A stretch of 32,000 nucleotides of DNA, taken from Mycolicibacterium smegmatis (GTDB lineage Bacteria > Actinomycetota > Actinomycetes > Mycobacteriales > Mycobacteriaceae). The notes beneath the pieces were generated by a model. That model saw only the letters and a list, made by a program, of their open reading frames with translations, ran no database searches and was not told the origin of the DNA. Below, piece by piece: positions 1 through 8,738 of this stretch (position 1 is the stretch's first letter; every line of letters begins with the position of its first letter). Where the stretch lies: positions 1,200,001-1,232,000 of the forward strand of contig NZ_LN831039.1 of NCBI RefSeq assembly GCF_001457595.1, read 5' to 3'. The position numbers and the translations under genes are program-made.

Positions 1-1
1 C

Positions 2-1204
2 CGGCGACACGAAGATGTTGCGACCGACCTCACCCGCGAGGAGGGCAAGACCCGCGCCGAGGCGATGGGGGAGGTGCGCCGCGCCATCGACGTGCTGCGG
101 TTCTTCGGCTCTGCTGGTTGGCGAACAGGCGGCGAGACGCTGCCAAGCACGATGCCGAACACCAGCGTGCACACCCGCCAGGAACCCCTCGGCGTGGTCG
201 GGCTGATCACCCCGTGGAACTTCCCGATCGCGATCCCCGCCTGGAAGATGGCTCCGGCCTTGGTGTCCGGCAACGCCGTGGTGATCAAGCCTGCCGAGCT
301 CACACCCTTGTCGGTCAACCACCTGGCCACCGCCCTGGTCGATGCCGGACTCCCCGCCGGAGTGCTCAACGTGGTGCACGGCTCGGGTTCTCTCGCCGGC
401 GACGCGCTGATCCGCCACCAAGATGTCGCCGCCGTGTCCTTCACCGGGTCCACCGGCGTGGGCATGGCGATCCGTGACGTTCTCAATGCGCGCAATGCGC
501 GTGTGCAGCTCGAGATGGGCGGCAAGAACGCCTATTTGGTGCTCGACGACGCCGACGTCGAGGCCGCCGCGGCCACCGTCGCAGCAGGCGCCTTCAGTCT
601 CACCGGCCAGGCCTGCACCGCGACATCGCGGGTTTACGTCACCCCGGGTGTCCGAGAGGTCTTCGTCAAAGCCCTTCGCGAGAAGGCGCGCGCCATCGAA
701 CCCGGCAACGGTCTGGACCCCGGCACCACCATGGGCCCCGTGGTCTCCGAGGCCCAACTTGCCAAGGATGTCGCGGCGATCCGTGCCGCGTCCGAAGCGG
801 GGTTCGACGTCGGAGAGGTCCGCGACCACGAGGCCCAGTTCCTTGCGCCGGTTGTGGTCTCAGGCGTCTTGCACGATCATCCGCTTGCCACCGATGAGGT
901 GTTCGGTCCGGTCGTCGGCGTCATCGATGTGGCGGACTACGAACAGGGACTGGACCTTGTCAACGACTCGTCTTATGGGCTCACGGCCGGGATCTGCACC
1001 CGGGACCTGGGCAAGGCCTACCACTTCGCCGCGCGGGCGCAGGTCGGCGTGGTCAAGATCAATCGTCCGACGACCGGGCTCGACCTGAACGTGCCGTTCG
1101 GCGGGGTTCGCGACTCCTCGACCAACACATTCCGCGAGCAAGGCGAGCGCGCCGTGGACTTCTACACCTGGACCAAGAGCGTCTACATCGGCCACGACCT
1201 GTAA
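2..1204 (+). CDS. NAD(P)+-dependent aldehyde dehydrogenase, 5' end outside the window
   Basis: The frame is open from base 2; TREEGKTRAEAMGEVRRAIDVLRFF precedes the listed start at 65. ALDH motifs are present: ITPWNFP, catalytic Glu box LEMGGKN and catalytic Cys box GQACTATSR. Stop TAA at 1202-1204. Confidence 0.9.
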   Translation, partial: RRHEDVATDLTREEGKTRAEAMGEVRRAIDVLRFFGSAGWRTGGETLPSTMPNTSVHTRQEPLGVVGLITPWNFPIAIPAWKMAPALVSGNAVVIKPAELTPLSVNHLATALVDAGLPAGVLNVVHGSGSLAGDALIRHQDVAAVSFTGSTGVGMAIRDVLNARNARVQLEMGGKNAYLVLDDADVEAAAATVAAGAFSLTGQACTATSRVYVTPGVREVFVKALREKARAIEPGNGLDPGTTMGPVVSEAQLAKDVAAIRAASEAGFDVGEVRDHEAQFLAPVVVSGVLHDHPLATDEVFGPVVGVIDVADYEQGLDLVNDSSYGLTAGICTRDLGKAYHFAARAQVGVVKINRPTTGLDLNVPFGGVRDSSTNTFREQGERAVDFYTWTKSVYIGHDL

Positions 1205-1234
1205 GCGCCACCTCGTCCCGTTACCGCTTCCGCC

Positions 1235-1289
1235 GAGAGCGACGAAAATGCCGTGTGGACACGCTCCACGCGGCATTTTCGTTCCTCTC
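1235..1289 (+). terminator. Long stem-loop after the aldehyde dehydrogenase gene (I-shaped terminator or palindromic repeat, copy 1)
   Basis: ACGAAAATGCCGTGTGGA (1242-1259) pairs with TCCACGCGGCATTTTCGT (1265-1282): 18 bp with one G-U and loop CACGC. Outer GAGAG/CTCTC pairing extends the stem. It lies 30 nt after the stop codon. Confidence 0.6.
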
Positions 1290-1411
1290 GACGCTAAATC
1301 GGGATAAGCCCGGGGGTTCGACTCCCCGCGAGTTCAAAGGGTTACCCAGCACCGATTTGTTGCCACCATGGCCGAGTTCGTCACAAGCTCGTCAATGGGG
1401 GGAGGGCCGTC

Positions 1412-2482
1412 ATGCGGCCACCACGTTCGGTGTTCGCACCGATCGGAGCACTACTGGCCACAGCCGCCCTGGTGCTGACGGCGTGCGGATCATCGGGGAA
1501 TTCCGCACAGACCGTCGACGGCAAGACCGTGGTCCGATATCAGGGCTGGACCGGTCAGGTCGAATTCCAGGAGCTCGCTGAAGAACTCGGCTATTACAAC
1601 ATGATCCAGCTGGACTGGGTCGGCAACACCACCAGCGGGCCACAGGACATCCAGTCGGTGGCCACCGGCGATATCGACGTCGGTTCGGCGTTCAACGGTG
1701 CCGTGGTGAAACTCAACGCCGCGGGCGCCCCGATCACCTCGGTGCTCAGCTCATACGGCGCCGACGAGGGCGAGTACACCGGGTACTTCGTGCTGGAGGA
1801 CAGCCCGATCCGTTCCGCGCGTGACCTGATCGGCAAGAAGGTCGGCATGAACACCCTCGGCGCACACCACGAGTTCCTGACTCGCGAGTGGCTCGCTCAG
1901 CAGGGCCTGTCCAACGACGAGATCAAGACCGTGACGCTGACGGTCGTGCCACCGGTGAACACCGAACAGGCGTTGCGGGAGAAGCAGATCGACGTCGCGG
2001 CCATGAACGGCATCTGGCGTGAGACCGCGCAGGAGCGCGGGGGGATCCGGCCGCTGTTCACCGACAAGGCACTGTTCGGGGCCTTCAGCTACGGCAGTTA
2101 CGTCATGCGTGACGACTTCATCGCCAGGAACCGGGACGCCGCCGCCGATTTCGTGCAGGGCACAGCACGCGCGATCCGCTGGACCCAGGTGACACCGCGC
2201 GATGAGGTGGTCGCCAAGTTCCGCGAGATCATCAACAAGCGCCAGCGCAACGAGGACACCAGGACCATCGAGTACTGGCGCAGCTCAGGGCTTCCGGTGC
2301 CCGGCGCGGTGATCGCCGAGCGCGAGTTGCAGACGTGGATCGACTGGCTGGTGCGCAACGGCGAACTCGAAGAAGGCCAACTGAAGGCGAAAGACCTCTA
2401 CACCAACGAGTTCAACCCCTACGCCAACGGCACCTACGACGAAACCAGCGGTCCCGACGGTCAAACCTTGGCGAAGAAATGA
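1412..2482 (+). CDS. ABC transporter substrate-binding lipoprotein, NitT/TauT (aliphatic sulfonate/nitrate/taurine) family
   Basis: Signal peptide with lipobox LVLTAC-GSS. Size (356 aa) and context fit, directly upstream of the matching ATPase and permease. GGAGGG lies upstream of ATG 1412. Confidence 0.8.
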   Translation: MRPPRSVFAPIGALLATAALVLTACGSSGNSAQTVDGKTVVRYQGWTGQVEFQELAEELGYYNMIQLDWVGNTTSGPQDIQSVATGDIDVGSAFNGAVVKLNAAGAPITSVLSSYGADEGEYTGYFVLEDSPIRSARDLIGKKVGMNTLGAHHEFLTREWLAQQGLSNDEIKTVTLTVVPPVNTEQALREKQIDVAAMNGIWRETAQERGGIRPLFTDKALFGAFSYGSYVMRDDFIARNRDAAADFVQGTARAIRWTQVTPRDEVVAKFREIINKRQRNEDTRTIEYWRSSGLPVPGAVIAERELQTWIDWLVRNGELEEGQLKAKDLYTNEFNPYANGTYDETSGPDGQTLAKK

Positions 2483-3282
2483 GCACCGAACCGAAGTTGC
2501 GTCTCCGCAACGTCACCAAGCAATTCGACATCCGCGGTGAGAAGGCCAAATTCACCGCCGTCCAGGACATCAGCATCGACGTGGCTGCCGGCGAGTTCCT
2601 GGTGCTGGTGGGTCCCAGCGGGTGTGGGAAGTCGACCCTGCTGGACCTGTTGGGTGGACTGAGCAGTCCCACATCGGGAGAGATCCTGCTCGACGGCGCC
2701 CCGGTCACCGGACCCGGACTGGATCGCGGCATCGTGTTCCAGCAGTACGCCCTGCTGCCGTGGCGCACGGCGCGCAAGAACATCGAGTTCGGTCTGGAAG
2801 CCAAGGGCCTGCCCGCCGCGGAGCGCAGACAACGCGCCGAGCACTACCTGGAACTGGTGGGGCTGCGGGCCTTTGCCGACCGCTATCCGCACGAGTTGTC
2901 CGGCGGGATGAAGCAAAGGGTGGCGATCGCGCGCAGCCTGGCGTTCGATCCGGAGGTGCTGTTGATGGACGAACCGTTCGCCGCACTCGACGCGCAGACC
3001 CGTGAATCCCTGCAGGACGAACTGCTGCGGATCTGGCGTGCCACCGGCAAGACCATCCTGTTCATCACACACGGCATCGACGAGGCGCTGTACCTCGGGC
3101 AACGCGTCGCGGTGCTCACGTCGAGGCCCGGGCGGATCAAGAAGATCGTCGACGTCGACATCGACCGTAGCGGCGAGGACGTGCGTTCGAGTTCCGGGTT
3201 CCGCGAACAACGACACCACATCTGGTCGTTGCTGCACGACGAGGTGCAACGCGCACAGACCGAGGAGGTTTCGCATGCCTAG
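2479..3282 (+). CDS. ABC transporter ATP-binding protein (NitT/TauT family)
   Basis: ATGA overlap with the upstream stop. Walker A GPSGCGKST, Q-loop, signature LSGGMKQR and Walker B LLMDEPF are present. The listed ORF start at 2335 lies inside the upstream gene, so I trimmed it to ATG 2479 (MSTEPKLRL). Confidence 0.9.
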   Translation: MSTEPKLRLRNVTKQFDIRGEKAKFTAVQDISIDVAAGEFLVLVGPSGCGKSTLLDLLGGLSSPTSGEILLDGAPVTGPGLDRGIVFQQYALLPWRTARKNIEFGLEAKGLPAAERRQRAEHYLELVGLRAFADRYPHELSGGMKQRVAIARSLAFDPEVLLMDEPFAALDAQTRESLQDELLRIWRATGKTILFITHGIDEALYLGQRVAVLTSRPGRIKKIVDVDIDRSGEDVRSSSGFREQRHHIWSLLHDEVQRAQTEEVSHA

Positions 3283-4120
3283 CCCGGCAGCGGTGCTGGA
3301 CGCCGACACACCGGTGGTTATTCCACCAGCTGAACCCCAGGCTGGACGCGGCCAGAGATTCCGCGCACTCACCTGGCGGCTGGTGCGCCCCGTCGTCGTC
3401 ATCGCGCTGTTTCTCGGAGTCTGGGAGACCGCGCCGCGAATCGGATTGGTGGACAACGTCTTCCTTCCGCCGCTGAGCCACGTTGTGCAGGCGTGGTTCA
3501 CGCTGCTCGGCAACGGTCAGCTGTGGGAACATGTTTCGGCCAGCCTGTCACGGGCCCTGATCGGTTTCGCGTTGGCGATCCTGGTGAGCATTCCGCTCGG
3601 CGTGGCCATCGGGTGGTATCGGCCCGTCGCGGACTTTCTCAACCCCATCCTCGAATTGTTCCGCAACACTGCGGCGCTGGCGCTGCTGCCGGTGTTCGTC
3701 CTCATCCTGGGCATCGGGGAGACCTCGAAAGTCGCGCTGGTCGTGTACGCGTCGGCGTTCCCGATCCTGCTCAACACCATTTCGGGGGTCCGCACCGTCG
3801 ACCCGCTGCTGATCAAATCGGCCAGGTCGCTCGGCCTGAGCCCAATCCGGTTGTTCCAGAAAGTGGTCCTGCCTGCGGCCGTACCGACGATCTTCACCGG
3901 CCTGCGCATGGCGGCGGCGTCCTCGATCCTGGTGCTCATCGCCGCGGAGATGGTCGGCGCCAAAGCCGGTCTGGGATACCTGATCACCGCTTCACAACTC
4001 AACTTCCAGATCCCGAACATGTACGCCGGCATCGTCACGATCGCGCTGGTGGGGGTGGTGTTCAACGGCATCCTCGTGGCGATCGAAGGACGGTTGTCGG
4101 GCTGGCGCAACACCAACTGA
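3275..4120 (+). CDS. ABC transporter permease (BPD-type, NitT/TauT family)
   Basis: ATG 3275 overlaps the ATPase stop by 8 nt. The product is multi-helix and hydrophobic (about 6 TM), with the typical LGLSPIRLFQKVVLPAAVP loop. The N-terminal 91 codons of the listed ORF are an out-of-frame overlap with the ATPase gene. Confidence 0.85.
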   Translation: MPSPAAVLDADTPVVIPPAEPQAGRGQRFRALTWRLVRPVVVIALFLGVWETAPRIGLVDNVFLPPLSHVVQAWFTLLGNGQLWEHVSASLSRALIGFALAILVSIPLGVAIGWYRPVADFLNPILELFRNTAALALLPVFVLILGIGETSKVALVVYASAFPILLNTISGVRTVDPLLIKSARSLGLSPIRLFQKVVLPAAVPTIFTGLRMAAASSILVLIAAEMVGAKAGLGYLITASQLNFQIPNMYAGIVTIALVGVVFNGILVAIEGRLSGWRNTN

Positions 4121-4142
4121 AAACAGAAGGACAACCACAAGA

Positions 4143-5489
4143 ATGACCGCACAGCCACGACAACTCCATCTCAACGCATTCCTCATGGGCGTCGGCCACC
4201 ACGAGGCCGCCTGGCGTCATCCGCGCACCGACGCGCGGAACTTGACCGACGTCAAGCATTTCCAGCGTCTCGCACAGCTCGCCGAGCGCGGCAGGCTCGA
4301 CTCGGTGTTCTTCGCCGACACGCTGGCCGTGGGTCCACGCGTCAAGCACAACTCCCAGACCATCTTCGAGCCCATCACGTTGCTCACCGCGATGTCCGTC
4401 GTCACCGAGCACATCGGCCTGATCGCGACCGCGAGCACCGGCTACAACGCGCCGTACACGCTGGCGCGCGCGTTCGCGTCGCTCGACCACATCAGCGGTG
4501 GCCGTGCCGGGTGGAACATCGTCACCTCGGCGGGGGAGGACGAAGCGGCGAACTTCGGCTACCACGGCATCCCCGACCACGCCGGCCGTTACGCGCGTGC
4601 CGCCGAGTTCCTCGATGTCACAACGGCATTGTGGGACAGCTGGGAAGACGACGCGCTGGTGCTCGACGAGCACAGCGGGATCTTCGCCGATCCCACCAAG
4701 GTGCATCGGATCGACCACGACGGCGAGCGGTTCCGGGTACGGGGGCCGCTGAACTCGCCGCGCTCGGTGCAGGGGAGACCGTTGCTGGTACAGGCCGGAT
4801 CGTCGGAGACCGGAAAGGATTTCGCGGCCCGGTACGCCGAGGCGATCTTCACCGCGCAGCGCAGCCTCGACGAGGGCAAGGCGTTCTACCGCGACGTGAA
4901 GGCCCGCGCCGTGAAGTTCGGCCGCAGCCCGGACGACGTGAAGATCCTGCCGGGGGTTGTCGTGTACCTCGGCGAGACCGAGCGGGTCGCACAGGAACTC
5001 GAGCAGGAGTTCACCGATCTCATCTCGCCGGAGTACTCGCTACGCCAACTGTCACAGATGCTCGGGGTGGACCTGACCGCGCATTCGCTCGACGCGCCGC
5101 TGCCTCCGTTGCCGCCGATCGAGCAGATCCAGGGCAACAAGAGCCGCTACCAACTGGTGAAGGACCTCGCAGCCGGCGAGTCGCTGACCGTGCGGCAGTT
5201 GATCGCGAAACTCGGTGGCGGGCGCGGACACCGCACCTGCGCGGGCACACCCGAGCAGGTCGCCGACAACCTCGAGGAGTGGTTCACCGAGGGCGCGGCG
5301 GACGGCTTCAACGTCATGCCGCCGTACCTGCCGGGCGGGTTGGAGGACTTCATCGAGCACGTCGTGCCGATCCTGCAGCGCCGCGGGCTGTTCCGTACCG
5401 AGTACACCGCCACGACGCTGCGCGGGCATTACGGCCTGGCGTATCAGCCCAGCCGGCATTCCCGCACCGCCGCCGAATCCACCGCGTGA
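4143..5489 (+). CDS. FMN-dependent LLM-class monooxygenase, NtaA/SnaA/DszA-type
   Basis: 448 aa. N-terminus QLHLNAFLMGVGHHEAAWRHP and GRAGWNIVTS are typical of the nitrilotriacetate monooxygenase component A family. It is co-oriented with the ABC importer. Confidence 0.8.
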   Translation: MTAQPRQLHLNAFLMGVGHHEAAWRHPRTDARNLTDVKHFQRLAQLAERGRLDSVFFADTLAVGPRVKHNSQTIFEPITLLTAMSVVTEHIGLIATASTGYNAPYTLARAFASLDHISGGRAGWNIVTSAGEDEAANFGYHGIPDHAGRYARAAEFLDVTTALWDSWEDDALVLDEHSGIFADPTKVHRIDHDGERFRVRGPLNSPRSVQGRPLLVQAGSSETGKDFAARYAEAIFTAQRSLDEGKAFYRDVKARAVKFGRSPDDVKILPGVVVYLGETERVAQELEQEFTDLISPEYSLRQLSQMLGVDLTAHSLDAPLPPLPPIEQIQGNKSRYQLVKDLAAGESLTVRQLIAKLGGGRGHRTCAGTPEQVADNLEEWFTEGAADGFNVMPPYLPGGLEDFIEHVVPILQRRGLFRTEYTATTLRGHYGLAYQPSRHSRTAAESTA

Positions 5490-6316
5490 GCGGGCCCGTC
5501 ACCGCAGGCGCACTTCGTTCCTTGGCCGCCACGGTCAAACATCCCGTCGGCCGTCTTCGGGATCGGGCAGGGCGCAGGCGCACCCGTCGTCGCGCTCATC
5601 GCGCGTGACCTCGGCGCGTCGGTCGGCACGGCAGGGGCGCTCGTCGAACTCGGCGCCGTCCTCGGCGACCTGCCCGCCGGGCGGGTGGTGGCCCGCTTCG
5701 GTGAGCGGCGGTCGATCATCGTCGGCTCGAGCATCGGCGCCGTCGGGGTGCTCATGTGCCTCGCGGCGCCGAATCCACTCGTGCTGGCGATCGGTGTGGC
5801 GCTCACCGGTCTGGCCAGCGCGGTGTGGGGCCTGGCCCGGCAGAGCTATCTGGCCGAGGTGGTGCCGCTGCCCATGCGGGCACGGGCCATGGCGATGTTC
5901 GCGCTGACGTGGCGGCTGGGCTACTTCGTCGGGCCGTTCCTCGGGGCTCTCGTGATCCTCGCCGCGGGCACCCGCGGCGGCTTCGCCGTCCAGTTCGTCG
6001 GCATCGTGCTCGCGGGCTACCTCATGGCGCGCATGGACGATCCGCCGCGCCCGCCGGATGCCGAAACCGGGCGGCGTGCCGCTTTCGCGCATTCTGCGGC
6101 GGCACCGCCCGTTGCTGTACACCCTCGGCACCGGTGCGTCGTTGATGGGCGCGGCCCGCGCTTCGCGTGACGCGGTGTTGCCGCTGTGGGCCGACCATCT
6201 CGGTCTGCACGCCGCGACGGTCTCGCTGGTGTTCGGCATCGGCGCGCTGGCCGACCTGATCTGCTCGTATCCGGCCGGGCAGATCATGGACCGTGACGGG
6301 CGGCGCCTGCGCCGAA
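5486..6316 (+). pseudogene. Decayed MFS transporter gene (two frameshifts, 3' truncation)
   Basis: MFS-like sequence is spread over three frames. It starts in frame 2 from GTG 5486 (GTGA overlap; ...LRSLAATV). It continues in frame 0 (SAVFGIGQGAGAPVVALIARDLGAS...DLPAGRVVARFGERR...). It ends in frame 1 from about 6060 (VPLSRILRRHRPLLYTLG...YPAGQIMDRDGRR). The sequence stops after the second DRxGRR loop, so about 4 TM helices are missing. Confidence 0.7.
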
Positions 6317-6363
6317 AGCGACGAAAATGCCGCTCAGAAGGGCCTCTGAGCGGCATTTTCGTC
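6317..6363. terminator. Long perfect stem-loop between convergent genes (palindromic repeat, copy 2)
   Basis: GACGAAAATGCCGCTCAGA (6320-6338) pairs perfectly with TCTGAGCGGCATTTTCGTC (6345-6363), 19 bp. It shares AGCGACGAAAATGCCG and CGGCATTTTCGT with the hairpin at 1235-1289. Confidence 0.6.
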
Positions 6364-6380
6364 AATTTCGAGGTGACAGG

Positions 6381-6872
6381 TCAGCGGTAGTTCACGAACT
6401 GCAGGGCGACGTCCAGGTCGGCGCCCTTGAGCAGCGCGATGACGGCCTGCAGGTCGTCGCGCTTCTTGGAGCTGACGCGGATCTCGTCGCCCTGGATCTG
6501 CGCCTTGACGCCCTTGGGGCCCTCGTCGCGGATGATCTTGGTGATCTTCTTGGCCTGCTCGCTGGTGATGCCCTGCTTGATGGTGCCCGTCACCTTGTAG
6601 GTCTTGCCGCTGGGCTGCGGGTCGCCGGCGTCGAAGGCCTTCATGGAGATGTCGCGACGGACCAGCTTCTCCTTGAAGACGTCGACGGCGGCCTTGACGC
6701 GCTCCTCCGTGCTGGACGTGAGTTCGATCACCTCGTCGCCCTTCCAGGCGATGGTGGTGTCGGTGCCGCGGAAGTCGAACCGGGTGGCCAGCTCCTTGGC
6801 GGCCTGGTTAAGCGCGTTGTCAACCTCCTGACGATCGACCTTGCTGACGACGTCGAAGCTGGAATCCGCCAT
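6381..6872 (-). CDS. yajQ: YajQ/UPF0234 family nucleotide-binding protein
   Basis: 163 aa. [27 protein letters not shown]...FDFRG and the overall sequence are characteristic of YajQ. The start was set at ATG 6872; the listed ORF extension to 7058 runs across the tRNA gene. Confidence 0.9.
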   Translation of the reverse strand: MADSSFDVVSKVDRQEVDNALNQAAKELATRFDFRGTDTTIAWKGDEVIELTSSTEERVKAAVDVFKEKLVRRDISMKAFDAGDPQPSGKTYKVTGTIKQGITSEQAKKITKIIRDEGPKGVKAQIQGDEIRVSSKKRDDLQAVIALLKGADLDVALQFVNYR

Positions 6873-6981
6873 TGGACCGCCTCTCCTCTCCCTCGGTGAG
6901 TCCTGCCGGTTTGTAGTTTGGGTACATCCTCGTTGTACCCTGCTAGTCGCACCAAACCGGAAACGGGGCGGCGCGACGTCA

Positions 6982-7064
6982 GGCAGGTTGCCCGAGCGGC
7001 CAATGGGAGCGGACTGTAAATCCGTCGGCTTACGCCTACGCAGGTTCGAATCCTGCACCTGCCA
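6982..7064 (+). tRNA. tRNA-Tyr: tRNA-Tyr (anticodon GTA), class II with a long variable arm
   Basis: Acceptor GGCAGGT (6982-6988) pairs with ACCTGCC (7057-7063), discriminator A. Anticodon loop CTGTAAA. T arm GCAGG-TTCGAAT-CCTGC (7040-7056). The long variable arm CGTCGGCTTACGCCTAC fits bacterial tRNA-Tyr. CCA is not encoded (the following bases are CCC). Confidence 0.9.
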
Positions 7065-7071
7065 CCCAGGT

Positions 7072-7106
7072 CAAGACCGGTATCTAGCCGGTCTTGGCTT
7101 TTTTCT
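7072..7106 (+). terminator. Rho-independent terminator for tRNA-Tyr, overlapping the integrase 3' end
   Basis: CAAGACCGG (7072-7080) pairs with CCGGTCTTG (7088-7096), loop TATCTAG, followed by GCTTTTTTCTT. The integrase stop codon (7084-7086) sits in the loop. Confidence 0.7.
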
Positions 7107-8313
7107 TGCCCTCATCCGTACCGCAGTCGTACCGCAGTGGGAGCCGGATCGCCTCGCCCAGCTTGTTGGCTGCGGCGGTCAGGTCGGCGTCGTAGAGGTG
7201 GCCGTAGCGGTCCAGGGTCATGGTCGCGGTGGCGTGACCCAGCTGTCGCTGGACGACCTTGATGTTGGCCCCGGACGAGATCAGCAAACTGGCACAGGTG
7301 TGGCGGAGGTCGTGCGGGGTGATGCTCGGGAAGTCGCCCTCGGCCTTCATGGCGGCGACGGCCTTGTCGAACTCGTAGCGGTACTGGTGGTTGGTCAACG
7401 CCTCGCCCTGGCGGTTGGGGAACACCAGGGCCCGGGGGTCGGTGGGCAGCTCGGCGACCAACCGTTCCCACACGGGGGGCGGCACCGCGACCTCCCGCAT
7501 CTTGTTGGTCTTCGTCGCGGTGGTGACCAAACCTTGGCCCCGGACGCGGGTGGCGGACTCCCGGATCATCAATTTGCCGTCTCTGACGCCTTCTCGCCGC
7601 AGAGCGGACGCTTCCCCTAGTCGGATGCCGGTGTACCCGAGAACGAGCGTCAGCGTGGCGTACAGCCCCATCTTTGACACCAACCCCAGCAGCTGGTCGT
7701 GGGTGAGGGCGTGTTGGACGCGAGCGTTGTCGTTCGGCAGGTCGTTCTTGCGTTCGATGTCCGCCGCAACGTTTTTCGGCACCTTCCCGGTCCGCACCGC
7801 GTACTGAAGTACCGCGTGGACACACTGGTGGGTTTGGCGGATGCGGCTGGGCGACAACGGTGTTGCCTTGCGGGAGCCGTCGATGGACAGCTTCCCCAAC
7901 CACTTCACCAGGTCCTCGTAGGTGATGTCCTTGACGGGCACGTGTCCCCAGCGGGGCAGGATCAGGTTGTCGAGTAGTTCCCGGTATCCGGCAACGGTTT
8001 TCGGCTTCCGGTGCGACTTGGTGAGGAGCCAGTCCTCGGCGATCACCTCGAACAGTTCCCGGCCCTTCTTCGGGCTGACGACTTCACCCCGATGGATGTC
8101 GGCGGTGATCTTGTTGAGGAATGCTTGGGCGTCGGGTTTGCGGTCGAACACTTTGGTGTGTTCCTGGCTGTCGTCGTCCACCCAGCGGACTCGCCACCGC
8201 TTACCTTTGCCGTGCATGGCGGACTTGACGGTCCGCATCACGCCGTCGTCACCTTTGACCCGTTTGGTCCACCGGTCATCGAGGCCGGCCCGGATGTTCC
8301 GCTTCGCACTCAT
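7084..8313 (-). CDS. int: Tyrosine integrase (phage integrase family)
   Basis: Adjacent to the tRNA 3' end. Catalytic boxes are YTGIRLGEASALR and PHDLRHTCASLLISSGANIKVVQRQLGHATATMTLDRYGHL (R...HxxR...Y). The start was chosen at ATG 8313 (MSAKRNIRAG); the ORF stays open up to 8499. Confidence 0.9.
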   Translation of the reverse strand: MSAKRNIRAGLDDRWTKRVKGDDGVMRTVKSAMHGKGKRWRVRWVDDDSQEHTKVFDRKPDAQAFLNKITADIHRGEVVSPKKGRELFEVIAEDWLLTKSHRKPKTVAGYRELLDNLILPRWGHVPVKDITYEDLVKWLGKLSIDGSRKATPLSPSRIRQTHQCVHAVLQYAVRTGKVPKNVAADIERKNDLPNDNARVQHALTHDQLLGLVSKMGLYATLTLVLGYTGIRLGEASALRREGVRDGKLMIRESATRVRGQGLVTTATKTNKMREVAVPPPVWERLVAELPTDPRALVFPNRQGEALTNHQYRYEFDKAVAAMKAEGDFPSITPHDLRHTCASLLISSGANIKVVQRQLGHATATMTLDRYGHLYDADLTAAANKLGEAIRLPLRYDCGTDEGKKKAKTG

Positions 8314-8473
8314 ACCGCAGAGCGTACCGCTGGAAATCTGTCGGACTGGGCGGATTGGCCCTCTGATCTGCATAGCGCTCACGAGGACACGCCAACGCTG
8401 CCCGCCGAAACCGTCCCGAATTCTCTGCCACCATGGAGTGCAAGCGATTGTGCTGATTGTTATTGGAGGAGAG

Positions 8474-8668
8474 ATGAACGAGCGCCCGTTGACGACCATG
8501 GAGGTGTCGGAGCTGTTGGGGGTGCCGGAACCGACGCTTCGGTGGTGGCGCTATGAGGGCCGGGGCCCGCGGTGCTACCGGCTGGGTGGCCGCAAGGTCG
8601 TTTATGACCGGGCCGACTTGGAGCGGTGGGTGGAGGAGCAGAAGGCCGCGACGGTTCGGGGTGGTTGA
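8474..8668 (+). CDS. xis: Excisionase/MerR-type winged-HTH DNA-binding protein
   Basis: 64 aa, divergent from int, with GGAGGA 3 nt upstream of ATG 8474. The sequence LTTMEVSELLGVPEPTLRWWRYEGRGPRCYRLGGRKVVYDRADLERWV is typical of actinophage Xis. Confidence 0.8.
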   Translation: MNERPLTTMEVSELLGVPEPTLRWWRYEGRGPRCYRLGGRKVVYDRADLERWVEEQKAATVRGG

Positions 8669-8680
8669 CCCCAGGCACGA

Positions 8681-8719
8681 AGGAAGCCCCCCGCTGGAGA
8701 GTTTGCGGGGGGCTTTCCT
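8681..8719. terminator. Bidirectional stem-loop terminator between xis and the convergent leftward operon
   Basis: AAGCCCCCCGC (8684-8694) pairs with GCGGGGGGCTT (8705-8715), loop TGGAGAGTTT, with T-rich flanks. Confidence 0.7.
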
Positions 8720-8738
8720 GATTCTATGCGCGCCTGGG

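Noticed and set aside
1312-1337. tRNA T-arm-like motif GGGGGTTCGACTCCCCG followed by CGAGTTCA in the intergenic region upstream of the binding-protein gene
   Set aside because: No matching 5' acceptor strand, D arm or anticodon arm lies upstream, and the outer T-stem pair is mismatched. At most it is an old tRNA/att remnant, which I cannot support from the sequence alone.
2461-3513. 350-aa minus-strand ORF across the ABC ATPase and permease genes; similar ORFs at 4062-4718, 5535-6365 and 28115-29098
   Set aside because: They are antisense to genes with clear Walker, permease, monooxygenase or terminase motifs. They have no RBS or motif support.
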